64,000 nt of DNA, from the NCBI GenBank assembly GCA_964016885.1, contig OZ024740.1:249302001-249366000 (forward strand). The letters are read 5' to 3'. The translations under genes were made by a program, and so were the position numbers. The notes under the pieces were generated by a model. It was not told where the DNA came from. It did no database searches and was given only the letters and a program-made list of their open reading frames with translations. This DNA is from Eledone cirrhosa. Its lineage: Eukaryota. Shown piece after piece: positions 24,240-36,410 of this stretch (the first letter of the stretch is position 1; every line of letters begins with the position of its first letter).

Positions 24240-25003
24240 TTACTGTCTCAGCAAAAAGGACTTATTTCCAAGCCAAGCTTTGTAAGCCTCTTTCTTTTTG
24301 GATGCTATTTAAAAGCTGAAGCAGAAACTGCTGCGCTGAACAATCTCCAATCTGTGTTAACGTCCTCAGTTTGCTCAGAGAGTTCTCTGAATTTGGATGC
24401 AATTGTATCCACATACCTGGTCCTGACATCCTTATCCACCAATGCTTCCAACTTTATCCTGTAGGTTGCTCTTCACCTGCCAGTTTTGTGGGCTTCTTTG
24501 ACTTTAGGTAGTCTCAAGTTGCAGATAACTAGATGATGATCAGTTGACAGCTCAGCCCCTCTCTTAACATGAATATCCAGCACAGAATCAAAGAGATCAG
24601 ATACAATAACAAAATCAATTATTGATCTCTGTCCCTGATTCCCCTTATACTATGTATATATATGGATGCATGCTAGAAGAATGTGTTCATAATAGAGAGT
24701 TCATTGCTAGATCAGATGTCTAGTAAAACCTCTCCATTCGTATTTAGATCAGGATCGCAATTCCTTCCAATCACTTCTTGCCATGTCAGGTAGTCAATGC
24801 CAACATCTGCATCAGAATCTCCCATCAGAATATATGACTCAGTCTTAACTACTGCTAACCAGTGTCTTCAAGAAAGGACCTGTATTCGGACTCTTTGCTT
24901 GGTGCATAAACTTGCAATTCGGACTCTTTGCTTGGTGCATAAACTTGCAATTCGGACTCTTTGCTTGGTGCATAAACTTGCAACAACCACAGAGACATTC
25001 AGC
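24240..25003 (-). mobile_element. RTE (Rex3/Expander-like) endonuclease relic
   Basis: Minus strand reads QVYAP, ILMGD, IMNTFF, RSIIDFVIVS and VKRGAELSTDHHLV. Confidence 0.75.
24884..24982. repeat. 33-bp perfect tandem repeat x3
   Basis: attcggactctttgcttggtgcataaacttgca x3, no spacers. Confidence 0.95.
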
Positions 25004-25007
25004 TTAA

Positions 25008-26096
25008 CCCTTTAGCATTCACATAAATTTGTCAAATGTCATGTTTATCTGTTTACATTATTTTCAGTTAATAGTACTCAAGAGGGTTATCAATTTTATT
25101 TGTTTGTAATTTTCTTAATTTTCTATATGCAGGCTTGAAATTTTGTCAGTAGATGTTTAAATATCAATAATTTACAATTATATAATTTTTCCTGATTTTT
25201 TGGTTAAATTTGACTTTTATGGGCAGGTGAAATTAATTAATAGGGGCATTTGAAGTATCAACCAGGTGCAAATACTGGTTTAATTTTAAATACGTTGTTT
25301 TCGGCATAATACTTGATATATAAGGATCACTAAACCTTATATCAGTGCTCCAGTAATTCCAGTCTTGAAAATTGTTTTATACCGAACATAATATTTACGG
25401 TAAAAAATGCTTGCATTTCCGCAGCATCTGCCGGTCCCCAAACAGATCAGGTTTTCCTCGATTTAAAATCTGTTGTTGGGCATAGTGATTAATCTCTTCT
25501 GCCACAACTTCGAAGAAAGTTTGTGGTAAAAACAAAAAGAAATAATCCAGTGCTTTAGCATCGAGAGCTAATGTGTGTTGTGGACCAGTATTTTGAATAA
25601 AATCGGGAACATATATTGGTGTGGTGTTTTTCAACCACGTTGCTGTAATATTTTCAATGACATCCTGGAGATCTCCTTCGTTTTCACTTTCAAAACAACA
25701 ATCATCGTCGGATGAAATTTCAGAAATATACAAATCTGATTGATTTGAAGATAAATCACTAATATTATCTTTTGTTTCTTGTTCATTCTGAATGTCATCG
25801 TGTGTAAAACCTTCAAAGTCGGTATCGCTACTTTCACACGCCATGTTGATAACACAAAAAATCTGTTCTACTTTTAACGTTAAAAAAATATGTGTTGTTT
25901 TAAGTTGTTTCACTATATTAAGTGTTAATTTTCGCGGTAAGGGCCTAATCTCGCAGTAATCTCGAATTAACGAGATTTTGATGACGGTATTGTTTATTTT
26001 TAGAACAATATTTTAGTGTGGGTGTTATCGGCCGGTTTCGGGCAGTTTGAACAAATGAAGGGGAAATAATTGCGGCTGGTTTGAACACTAAAGCAT
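25008..26096 (-). mobile_element. Internally deleted piggyBac transposon
   Basis: TTAA|CCCTTTAGCATTCA at the left end; degenerate right TIR tgaacactaaagca; ORF 25395-25913 is an acidic N-terminus with W..P.F..GP...LDYF.LF...E.N.YAQQ (PGBD-like). Confidence 0.78.
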
Positions 26097-26365
26097 TTAG
26101 CACATCAGACAAAATACCTTGCAGAATTAATTTCAGCTATTTGTATTCTGAGTGAAAATCCTGCCGACATCAACTTCTGGAGTACTAGTCTAGGGCACTG
26201 AACTGGTGAAATTGAACGGGATGCATTGCAGTATTTGTTCCAGCTCTTTATATTCTAGATGTAAATCCCACCGTGACCTACTTAATTAAACATAATCTAT
26301 CACCCACCTGGCCCTTGGATTCCTTTAGTTAAAAAACATTTAGGCTGTCTCCTGTTTGTGGATAC

Positions 26366-26530
26366 CTTTCTCCATCCTTTCCATCAGTCTAGGAGGCTCT
26401 GAAAAAGGACATAAGTAATACTCGTCTTCCTGACTAACTGATAGCTTTTGAACTGTGCTTTCCAGGAACTTATTTCTTGTCTTCAGGTGTTCACTATACT
26501 GCATTTCAATATCATTTAACAAATGGAAAA
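26366..26530 (-). CDS. Candidate host-gene exon (165 bp, phase 1-1), product unknown
   Basis: ttttag acceptor, aag|gtatc donor, open frame FHLLNDIEMQ...MERMEK. Confidence 0.35.
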
Positions 26531-28117
26531 CTAAAACAGATTCACAAACTAAGTAAAATTGATTGTATACAAGAAAAAAAAATTAACTCTGAATGCTAAT
26601 AACAGAAGATAAATTAAACATAATTTTCTTGACTATTAATTTCGTATTTAGAGTGTAGTAGACCACCCATGACCCGTTGGGTCATATTCAATCAAAAATG
26701 TTCACTTAGAAATAATTTTTAAATAATTAAAATATAGACATGTATATAATGTAAAATGAAATTGGAAGGCCCATATATATGTGTGTGACCTATATACACA
26801 TCATCATCATCGTTTAACACACACACACGTAAAAACCCTTCCTATTTAGCAGGAAATATTCACTACACACATCCTGCCCTAACACAAGTTATATGATACA
26901 TATGACTTAATATCAGTCACCAAATTAGAGCTAGATACAGTAATGCTGTATTCGATTCTTTGAAGCTACCTGTTATAATTTCTTTCAACACCACCACCAA
27001 CTCTCTTTCTCTTTTCCATTTTCCTTCTCTCTCTATATTTATATATCTCTCTTAAAATATACTTTCTCACAACCACTATCTCTTTTTCTCTCTATTTATG
27101 AAGGTATCTGGAAAAACTCTGTATCTCGGGAACCCGTGCTCTGATTTACGCGAAACTTGTTTTATTCCATTTCAGGGGCAACTTCCTTTCAAAGTATTTT
27201 CCCATTATGCGCCGTTTTGGCTGTATTAAATTACAGACAAGCACAAAATCACAGATTTTTAGTAGTATATAGATAAGCATCATTGTTTTTCTGTGAATTT
27301 GACTTTTTATCAAAAACAGCCAAGAAATGACAAATTTTGAATATAAGAGAAACTAGCAAAATGCAAAACAAATTAATCATGAAACTGAGTGGAAAATAAT
27401 GATGTTTCCAGACATTTTCTAAACTAACTAAATAAAAATGATCTTAAGACAAACATGTATTTTTAGTGAGACAAACATGTATTTTCAATGAGAACTTTAC
27501 AAAATTTCAAACACAAATTTGGCACCTGGTTAACATTTTAAAATAAAGACTATATCAATATCTGTCAGCCAGTTATTGGGATGGGGTAAATCAAAGGAAT
27601 CGATTTCTTGAAAAACAGGACGAAAATGGAAGTACTACTCATAGGTAAGTTATTTTTTTTTTAATCAGGTGCAAAAAAACACTACCAACCAAAACCTTGC
27701 TCTGAGCTTGAAATCTGCACTGTATGTGGCATTGTAAACAAATATACATTGATGTGTCACACAAAAACAAAAATAACTTTTAAGATGTGCAAAACAAATG
27801 CTTGGTTTTCTATCAGCTCGCTGTAATCCTAATATTCATTAGATGTTGCATATATTATTAGTCATTTAGTAGTCGCAATTTAAAAGCACCAGTTAATTTG
27901 TTTGTTCCAGACATAGATTGCTATGATATCTATGTTTCCAAGACTGTTAGACTACTGGAAATGATTGGGATTATTTTGTTAAATATTTTCATTTTATCTA
28001 AATTCAATCACAAGCAAAGCTGCAAGCAGTTCTATGAAAATAAACATGCAACTTATGTATAGGTCAAAGGCTGAAACCAAAATATAAACACAAAGGTCGT
28101 GTAATTTATATAAGAGT

Positions 28118-28460
28118 CATCATCATCATCATTTCATTTTACGTCCGCTTTTACCTGCTTGCAAGGGTGGGACGGGAACTGATTCTGGCTTGATTGCTAC
28201 AGCTGGATGCCCTTCCTAACACCAACCTCATTTACAGTGAGTGCTGGGTGCTTTTTTGCCGTGGCACCTCCACGACCACTTTGGAGTGGAATGATAGAGA
28301 CCCAGTCCCTATCATCTCATTTCTACAGCTGAATAAACTGGAGCAATGTGAAATAAAGTGTCTTGCTCAAGGAAACAACACATCACCCGGTCTGAGAATT
28401 GAACTCACAACCTTTCGATTGCAAGGCCAATGCTCTAACCACTTAGCCATGTGCCTCCAT
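28118..28460 (-). mobile_element. Full-length tRNA-derived SINE with RTE-type tail
   Basis: A/B-box head (tggctaagtgg...gttcaattc), central ccttgagcaagacac domain, tail gttaggaagggcatcc...ggacgtaaa(tga)n shared with the RTE LINEs. Confidence 0.85.
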
Positions 28461-28888
28461 GGTATATGGAGTATATATGATAATTGAAATTGCTGTGTTC
28501 ATAGGAAAAGACTTAAGTGTTCATTTCAAATTTGCTTTCCAGCTGCCATATTGTTTTATACTGCATGAGGTGGGTGGTTGATAATTATTTTTATTTAAAG
28601 CTCTATAGGTTAGCACTGAAAAATGAAATTCAATTAGGTTATACAAAAGTTGATAAATTATATATCATTTGCTCCATACAGTATTTGTGCCCTTAATGGT
28701 AGAAAACTATGCATATATCCTATTTTACTGAACAGGAATGTAGCTATGGTAGCTGCTTTTCAGCTATATTCACTAGTCACTACAGCCGTAACTTCCGCAA
28801 TCAAGTATGACATGGTAGTATGTACAATGCTTTTGCTAAGGGTTTTAGATGCACATGTAGTCACAAGCAGACACATACGTCTTCTCAC

Positions 28889-28971
28889 CCTGTGGGACAT
28901 CCAGGATGTGACGGCTATATAGTGAGAGGGTGACATCAGCACTGGGCTGATACTTTATGAACCCTGACAGA
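28889..28971 (-). CDS. Candidate host-gene exon (83 bp)
   Basis: tttgttttccag acceptor, agg|gtgaga donor, open frame LSGFIKYQPSAD...; phase-compatible with 26366-26530. Confidence 0.25.
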
Positions 28972-31659
28972 CTGGAAAACAAAGTCAACCACAAGTGACA
29001 GTAAGATTTTAACTCAAGAAAACAGTGAACCAGAACAAATGTTGCAATGCATTCTATACAATGCTCTAATGACTCTCCCAATTGACCCTAATTGGGGCAA
29101 ATAAAATAATGCGACATGTCAAAATGACCATACATTAAACAGTTTGGGACCATGACCTGAACTGAGAGTAGCTCCCAATTGAATGTCACAACCACAGTAC
29201 TTCAGCACCTCAGAATCTCTTCATTAGCAACAACCCAATTGGTAGACAATTAAGAAAGAAGAAATATCCACTACTAAAGTTGAATTTGATTTGTAACATT
29301 TTTCGTTCTATGCCCCAAGACACCTTTTATCTCTCCCTACACAAAGACACTTTTTATTCCTCCTACACTCATATAAACGCATGTTTGGTGTTAAAATAAT
29401 ATAATGTAAAATATAGAGAAGTTGAACCCCTGTGAAACCCACATTCAGAACCACAGATTTCGTTTGACAAGACAAAATGTGTCAAGAAAGTTCATGACTT
29501 CATCAAAAAGATTCAGAACATAAAGAACATGATAGTGTTAAACAGAAATCAAAACTAGATGGCAAATTCTTGTGTACAAGCTGTTTACAATTAATCTATT
29601 GCATTGTTTCCCAAAATTCTGAGGTTCTGCAACATAAGGTGACTTTTAATAAAAATGTATATGTATCTTTATATGAGTAAATTTTCTCTCTAAAACAATT
29701 TTTCTTCCATTTAAACCTTCTATATTTGCTATTATATTTTCATGGTAATGACTTTACCTCATATAATATTGTATCGCTGAAATTTTGATATTATTTATTC
29801 TGAGATCAATACCTTAACCAGTATGAGCGGCCGGTTAAGGCCGGTTTGAACAGAAAGAGGTGCGAGTATTCTGGTTCATGTCTGATTAAAATTAGGATGG
29901 CCGAGAGTCTGCAAAATATAGTTATGGGTTATGTAATAAAATAATTTTGGTAACCACTGATTTATGGTTCAAGCTACATTATTTTTTTTTTTTCTACATT
30001 TTCAAGAGAAGCGCATTGCTAATATAATCAATAAGTTTATCTTACTTTATAGACCATGAAAAGATAAAGCCAAACTGATCCAAGCAGCATTTGATTTCAA
30101 AACAGCAGCTCAGCACTAGACTGCATCAAGACCTGCTATTTACTGATTTGGATACATATCTCTATAGCTCTCCGCCAGGTTAACATTGTAATACTAAATC
30201 CTGGATTCAATTTCATTCCATAAAAACAGATTTTCTCAGTAAACTACACAGGAAGAAAGAAATGAAAGATTTAGCGAAATGTATCAAATAAAATCAAGTT
30301 TATCAGCAGCATCATATTTACATGTTTTTTCCAGTTGGCATTGTTAGTGAAGTCTTTTTGATGTAGTATTCTAGAGCCAGATGTCAATCCTTACTAAATT
30401 CTTAAGTAAAGCACAATTTTCATATAGTGAAAGGCTAAGCTGCAGAACTTTCATTTATATGGAATATGTCACTGTTGGCAGAGTCATTTACAAAATTCAC
30501 TCAACCAGGTTATTGTAGAAGACACTTGCCTAATGTACCAAACAGTAGGATAGAACCCCAAACCACACGGTTGCAAAGTAAACTTCTTAACCATACAACC
30601 ATATGTTAATGAAAATCAAGAGAACAGAAAAACTATTATAGACAAGAATTTTAGCAAAATTCATAAAAACCAATGGAAGTTTCAATAACCTGCGTGTTAG
30701 GTGCAAGAAACAGTTCTAGCGCAATTGTTGCTCTAAAAATAAATGCAATTTATAGAACAAGACCCAAATTCTATTATTTTTAGATGAAAATACATTGAAG
30801 ATATGACAATTATAACTGGATGACCTTTGAATAATCTACACCGGTGTTTCATAAAGTAGGTTCTGAAGTAATCTAGAGCCTGAAAAAATTCTGGAATTTT
30901 TTTGTTTCATTTGATGTCTTATTAAAATTAGACATGGTTTCTGTGTAAGGTTCCCTCTAAGCTGCATAGGTGTGCAACTGTTGCATTGACGCCACACATC
31001 AAAATGTTGCTGCTAAGCAGCTTTGAAATTTAAATATTTCTGCTTAAAGCATAAAAAATTCTGCTCCGTGATTGGGAAAAATTAGGTGTATTAGTTCTGA
31101 GATTTTTGGGAAATCGCATAAGAATTCCAAGACAAAATAAATAAATAAGCAATGAAAATGAGAAACTTTAATTCATCTCAAAATATTTAGATATCTTTTA
31201 GGGAAATTACATAATTCTTGTCCTTTCATCCTACATTTTCAAATGAAATCCATCAATCATTCATTCATATGGTCTCATCCGAATTAATGTTATTTTTGTT
31301 TCAAGAAACAAGCAAGAAAATTATAAATTACAACTCAAAAAATTTCTTCACACTTTTGACATCAATCTACCTGAAACAGCCTATAGTTCTATGAAAATAA
31401 AATCTCATTTTCAACTCAACTATTATCTTCATACTAAATTAAACCTTCCATCTAATTTTATGTATGTTCTTAAACATCAGCATAATTTAAGCACAAAATC
31501 AGCAATTTGGAGAAGGATTAAATCAATTAAATCTATCCCAGTCGTGAATGATACTTTATTTTATCAATTGCGAGATTTAAACTCAGAAGATGCTGCAAAG
31601 CATTTCGTTTAATGCTCTACCAATACTGCCAATCCACTGCCCTACATCAGATTAATAAT

Positions 31660-31752
31660 TGTTTCTACTATTGGCACAAGGCCAGAGATTACCCAGTACA
31701 TTACTGGTACTTTATTTTATCGACCCCGTAAGGATGAAAGGCAAAGTTAACC
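31660..31752 (-). mobile_element. 5'-truncated SINE with TSD tcagattaataat
   Basis: Same family as 46877-47060; sits next to an older SINE head at ~31570-31642. Confidence 0.8.
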
Positions 31753-34700
31753 TCAGATTAATAATGAAAGTTATTTTACTAAATTCTTAAGTCTTGTTTA
31801 TTTTCAAGATTCATAGAAAACCTAGCAGTGTATATCATTAGAAACAGTCTCATTGAACAAAAATAAAATATTTGAAAACTTAAAGAATCTAAAGACTTTC
31901 AGTCATCTTGGAAAACAAAATTAATCACAAATGTTGGTTTTTTTAACAGGACAATCAGATAGGATTAGAGTAATGTCTCCTTCGAAAGTGAATAGCAAAT
32001 CTGTTCATTTATTGATATAATACATATTCACTTGGTCTATGTATAGAATCTACTTTTAAGGCCCCATAGAACATTTGCCCCATTGATTATTATTTTATTT
32101 TCTTTCTGTATTACAGGACAAGCCTACATTAACCTACTTTCTGAGTGAAATCAATCATTGTCGACAGAGAAACTACATGAAAAGTTCCGTCGAAAGAGTT
32201 TTTTTTAAATACATATTTCATCTCCTTTACTATATTTTCTTAATAGTTTTCAAATAATGCTGCTTCCTTTTATATTCTTTTTTTAATTAAAAATTCTGAA
32301 AATCTCACTTTTTAATCAAGTGATATTTTTTCTAAACACCAATAAGTTATTAAATTCTTAAGTGTTCCATTTAATTACTACTTTTCATTCTTTTCAAGGT
32401 GTCATAATTTTACTAATCCTTCTGATTCCAACCTATCCAAATTGCCACAATTTAAATCAAAAATGTATTCACATTTAAATCAAAAATGTTCATCATAATG
32501 ATTTTTTTTGTTAAGCTTATTAATATGGTTAGTCATATTACTAAATCTTTTCAAATTGTTGATTAATTTCAAAATTAAATGAAAATCACAAGTAGAGTAT
32601 TTCATTTGAAATATTGGTACTGACAAGGTTAACTTTTCAAATCTAAGCATTCAACATACAATAGAATATTGGAAAGATAAAAAAAAGCAAATGGTTAACT
32701 GCATAATTGTAAAGAAGTTAAAATAGTAATACATTTGAATTACCAACTTAAATCTAACTAGTAAATAAACTTAAGTGAAGTTTCCTAAACAGAAAACATG
32801 TTTATATTCAGTCAAATTAAATACAAGAACTTGGTGGTTTAACTGGTTTATTACAACTGGTTTAGAAGGAATTTTTTTTATTTTTGAGAAATAGAAAAGA
32901 ATTTTAAACAATTGATTTGTATGTCTAACATAAGCAAACCATGTTTCTAATAAACTAGTCTCAATTGATTATGAAAATAAAAATTTTGTAGGAAGATTTT
33001 GATTTAAATATGACCACTTTAAAACAAATTCTGATTCAAATTTCATTGTGGCCTACTTGTGTGGTAGACTGAACTAATTGGCCACTTTTCGGTGTGTTTA
33101 GCAGTCCAGTCTGTTGCAAACATTCAAACTAGATCTCCAGTTTGATGATACCTTCTTCCCAACAGTTTCGGAGACCCTCTCATTGACTAAACAGTAAAAA
33201 AAAAAATACAACCTGAGGTTCTGATACAAATCGGTGCATTAACCTACAAGAAGGTTCCCTCAAATATACATTCAAAATTAAAGGATTTCAATCGTAATGA
33301 TTTAGCCGATAGGATAAACAAACAGAAGGTCCAACATGGGATTTAGGCAATATATATAACCTAAATGAAATTACATTTATTTCATATCAACCATAAATAC
33401 CGAACAACCACATTTTGCAATAGTACAAATAGTTAATCATTTACAACAAATGAGATATTTTCCACGTATATATTTATCACATATACTCGCATCTCCATTT
33501 TACATACAATATTTACTAGTATTTTGAACTTGTAGGTTCAGTAGATAATCGCATGGAGATTATTTTTTTTTCACATATTTTCGTAGGAAAAGGTGTAACT
33601 TTTACACGATTATTATATCTTTTTGTAATTATTTTTATTGACTTGTAAATTACTTGAAGTGAAACCTAATTAAGTTGTAAAATAATCGACAGAAATATTG
33701 TCCAAAAAGAGGAACATAACCAATAAAACAAATTCCAATCGTGAGGTCCCGTCTTTTTAAATGCATCTGTAGAACTACATTATTCAAGTGTCCTTTCTTT
33801 TTAAGATAGTAGGATGGGTGTGCTGAAGGAGAGTTGGGTGCTATTTCTAGTGGGTTTTAGCGACTACATACAGGCTCATCTATGACAAAATTGCTAATAT
33901 TATTTCATCAACAACAGCTAAAAACTTTCTATTATTGATGCTTGGATGAAGAATAATCAGTACTGCTAATTAAGATATGGCTGAAAAACAATTCAATCAA
34001 GACCTATTTTTGTGCACTGATACATGCAAAGCTGTTTTACTATACAAATACCGAAAATTCCAATTAACGTTTACATAATTTAGTTTGGGAAAACAAAATT
34101 ATCACAGTAATTTCTAATATACCATAATGTCAATCTGCTTTTAAATATTTGCCATCAATAACGGAACCAACGTTTGGTGACTTCCATTTTATTTATATAA
34201 TTCAGTGAATTGAAAGGGAACAGTCGGAAAAATTTGTTTAAAGAAAACAAAGCAACAAACATAAGGTTTGGGAATGAATCTTAAATTTAAGACTTTGATA
34301 TTGATTTGGTAAAAGTAAATTATCTAATTTACATTAAGCGGAAGTTGACAACTCTCAGAATACAGCGTTTTGAATAAACCAAAGAAAAAAAAAAATTACC
34401 TGAGATTTCACAGAATACAAAAGCTTGCCAACCTGTCAAAACTCTTTTAGGGCAATGTACAAGAATAACGATATTTTTAACAAAGCAGAATAAGAATTGG
34501 AGACATGCTCCAAACATGGAGGGATTATTAAACAGCAAACATAATCCAGACTACGAAATATCTGGATTGCCAACGAACAACTAAGAACTGAATATAGGAA
34601 TATATACCTGGCAATAATAAACATCAAACTAAACAGGAAGTGGTTAAATGGCAAAGCCTTCCTAACTTTGATTTTTTTTTTCAGCATCAGCTCCGGAAAT

Positions 34701-36059
34701 TTTTTATTTAAATTTTATTTGAAAATAATACTGTTTATAAAGGAAAATATAAAACGAGGAGAAAGAATGGTTTCTACTCCACGAAAGGCAATCACCCATT
34801 TTTAAGGCTAATAAAGAACGTTCGATCATTAAAAATAGAGTTGCTGTTAACACACCCACACATTCAAAACAACCACTGCCGCCACTATCTTATTCATTTA
34901 ATATTTTTAAAATAAATAAGTATATGATAAACATTTAAAATTAGAATCAGACCAGCCTGAAACCTGCCCCACCTAACAACTTCAACTTACCTGACATGAG
35001 ATTCGTTTTAGTAATGTTTTATTGCTAATAGTCAGGAGGAGACAACAAGAGCCAAAAATCATGTCACACATGGACGTATAAACAAATGACTGGAGCTTGT
35101 ATATATAGATTGACATTCAAACATATTGTTATAGTAAAGAATTTGAGAAGAAAAATGAGCAACAGCTTCGAATGACATATGGACGAAAAAGAGCAAACAA
35201 AATAGCAATACTCTTACAGCACACAGCAATGATATATAGTTCTCGTCTATTATTCTTTACAGGTCAGTTCAACAACGATAATTCTGCGGCCAACAGTTCA
35301 ACAACGATAATTCTGCGTCCAAAACTAACATTAGGCAAGAGTAGAAACTGAAAACCCAAAGAGAATTAAAATGAAAAATGAACCATAAAGCTTGTCTACG
35401 AAAGGAGAGACATACGATTAGGATGAAACATTCAGTAGCGGGGCAATGCCGTCGGTATATACGAAATAAGGCCAACATCTTAATCTGGAATATTGGAAGG
35501 AGGCCGAAATTTCGGCACAGTCCTAAAGCTAACAACACCCTGCTACGCTGAGTAAGATTAAAACCGATACAGGTCATTGAATTTTAAAAGTGAGCATTCA
35601 AACAAACGTGTAAAGGGGGTTACGAGATAAATATGAACAATAAAAGTAATTCGTATTTTATACTAGCATAAATAAGAAAGCAAAATCCATCGCAAGTGGA
35701 GCCCATAAGGTCGCGACCAGAAACGAGGCGGAACCGCACAACCTCCAGTTGAGTTCCGACTACTCTCAGGTTTGAAGGACAACACAGTATAGAAAAATCA
35801 AAGAGCAAACGCGTAATACACTTTGAACAATATCAAATGAAACTCTAAAAATAACGGGTTAACATTAGAATGAACTATTGCGTTTTTTCAATCAGTATAG
35901 AAATTCAATTTATTTTTTTAAAACGCTCTTAATCCGAGGTTACCCCCCAATTCTGTTGCGAAACATTCAAAATATCACCATGATAAACTGCACAAAACGT
36001 TTCCGCATTGCTTGTTTGCGATTCAGCAAGCCAAGGAGAAGACCTTGTCACGAATAAAT

Positions 36060-36410
36060 TTAAAAATAAATACCTTTAAAGGTGTTAAACCTTCCTACGA
36101 AGTCACTTGTATCACATACGCCATCGAACAATAACAACCGCCGCCATTTGCAATACTGCTACTGGGCATGCGTTAATTAGGTCAGGAATTCTGGGAACGA
36201 GGCCTGTTAGTGGCGCGATCCTAGGGTTAAAGTTTTACTTTACCGTCTCGTGTTCGAACCTCGCTTACATTTGGAATAGTCATTTTTTGGAAACTCCAAA
36301 CGGTAGCTTCGTTTCAGAAGGGAAAAAATGTCTAAACATGGTGACAATTCAGAAAACAATGTCAGTGTATATTAAGTTTTGGTTGTTGGCTCTAGATCAG
36401 GTAACTTACG
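36060..36410. promoter_or_regulatory. Candidate divergent promoter with first exons
   Basis: Minus-strand AAATGGCGGCG (YY1-like) followed by aag|gtattt; plus-strand cag|gtaact at 36400; CpG content locally raised. Confidence 0.3.

Noticed and set aside
24884-24982. 33-bp repeat as a CRISPR array
   Set aside because: No spacers, no cas genes, eukaryotic context; it is a tandem duplication within a LINE.
35264-35317. 24-bp direct repeat cagttcaacaacgataattctgcg x2
   Set aside because: Simple local duplication with no further structure.
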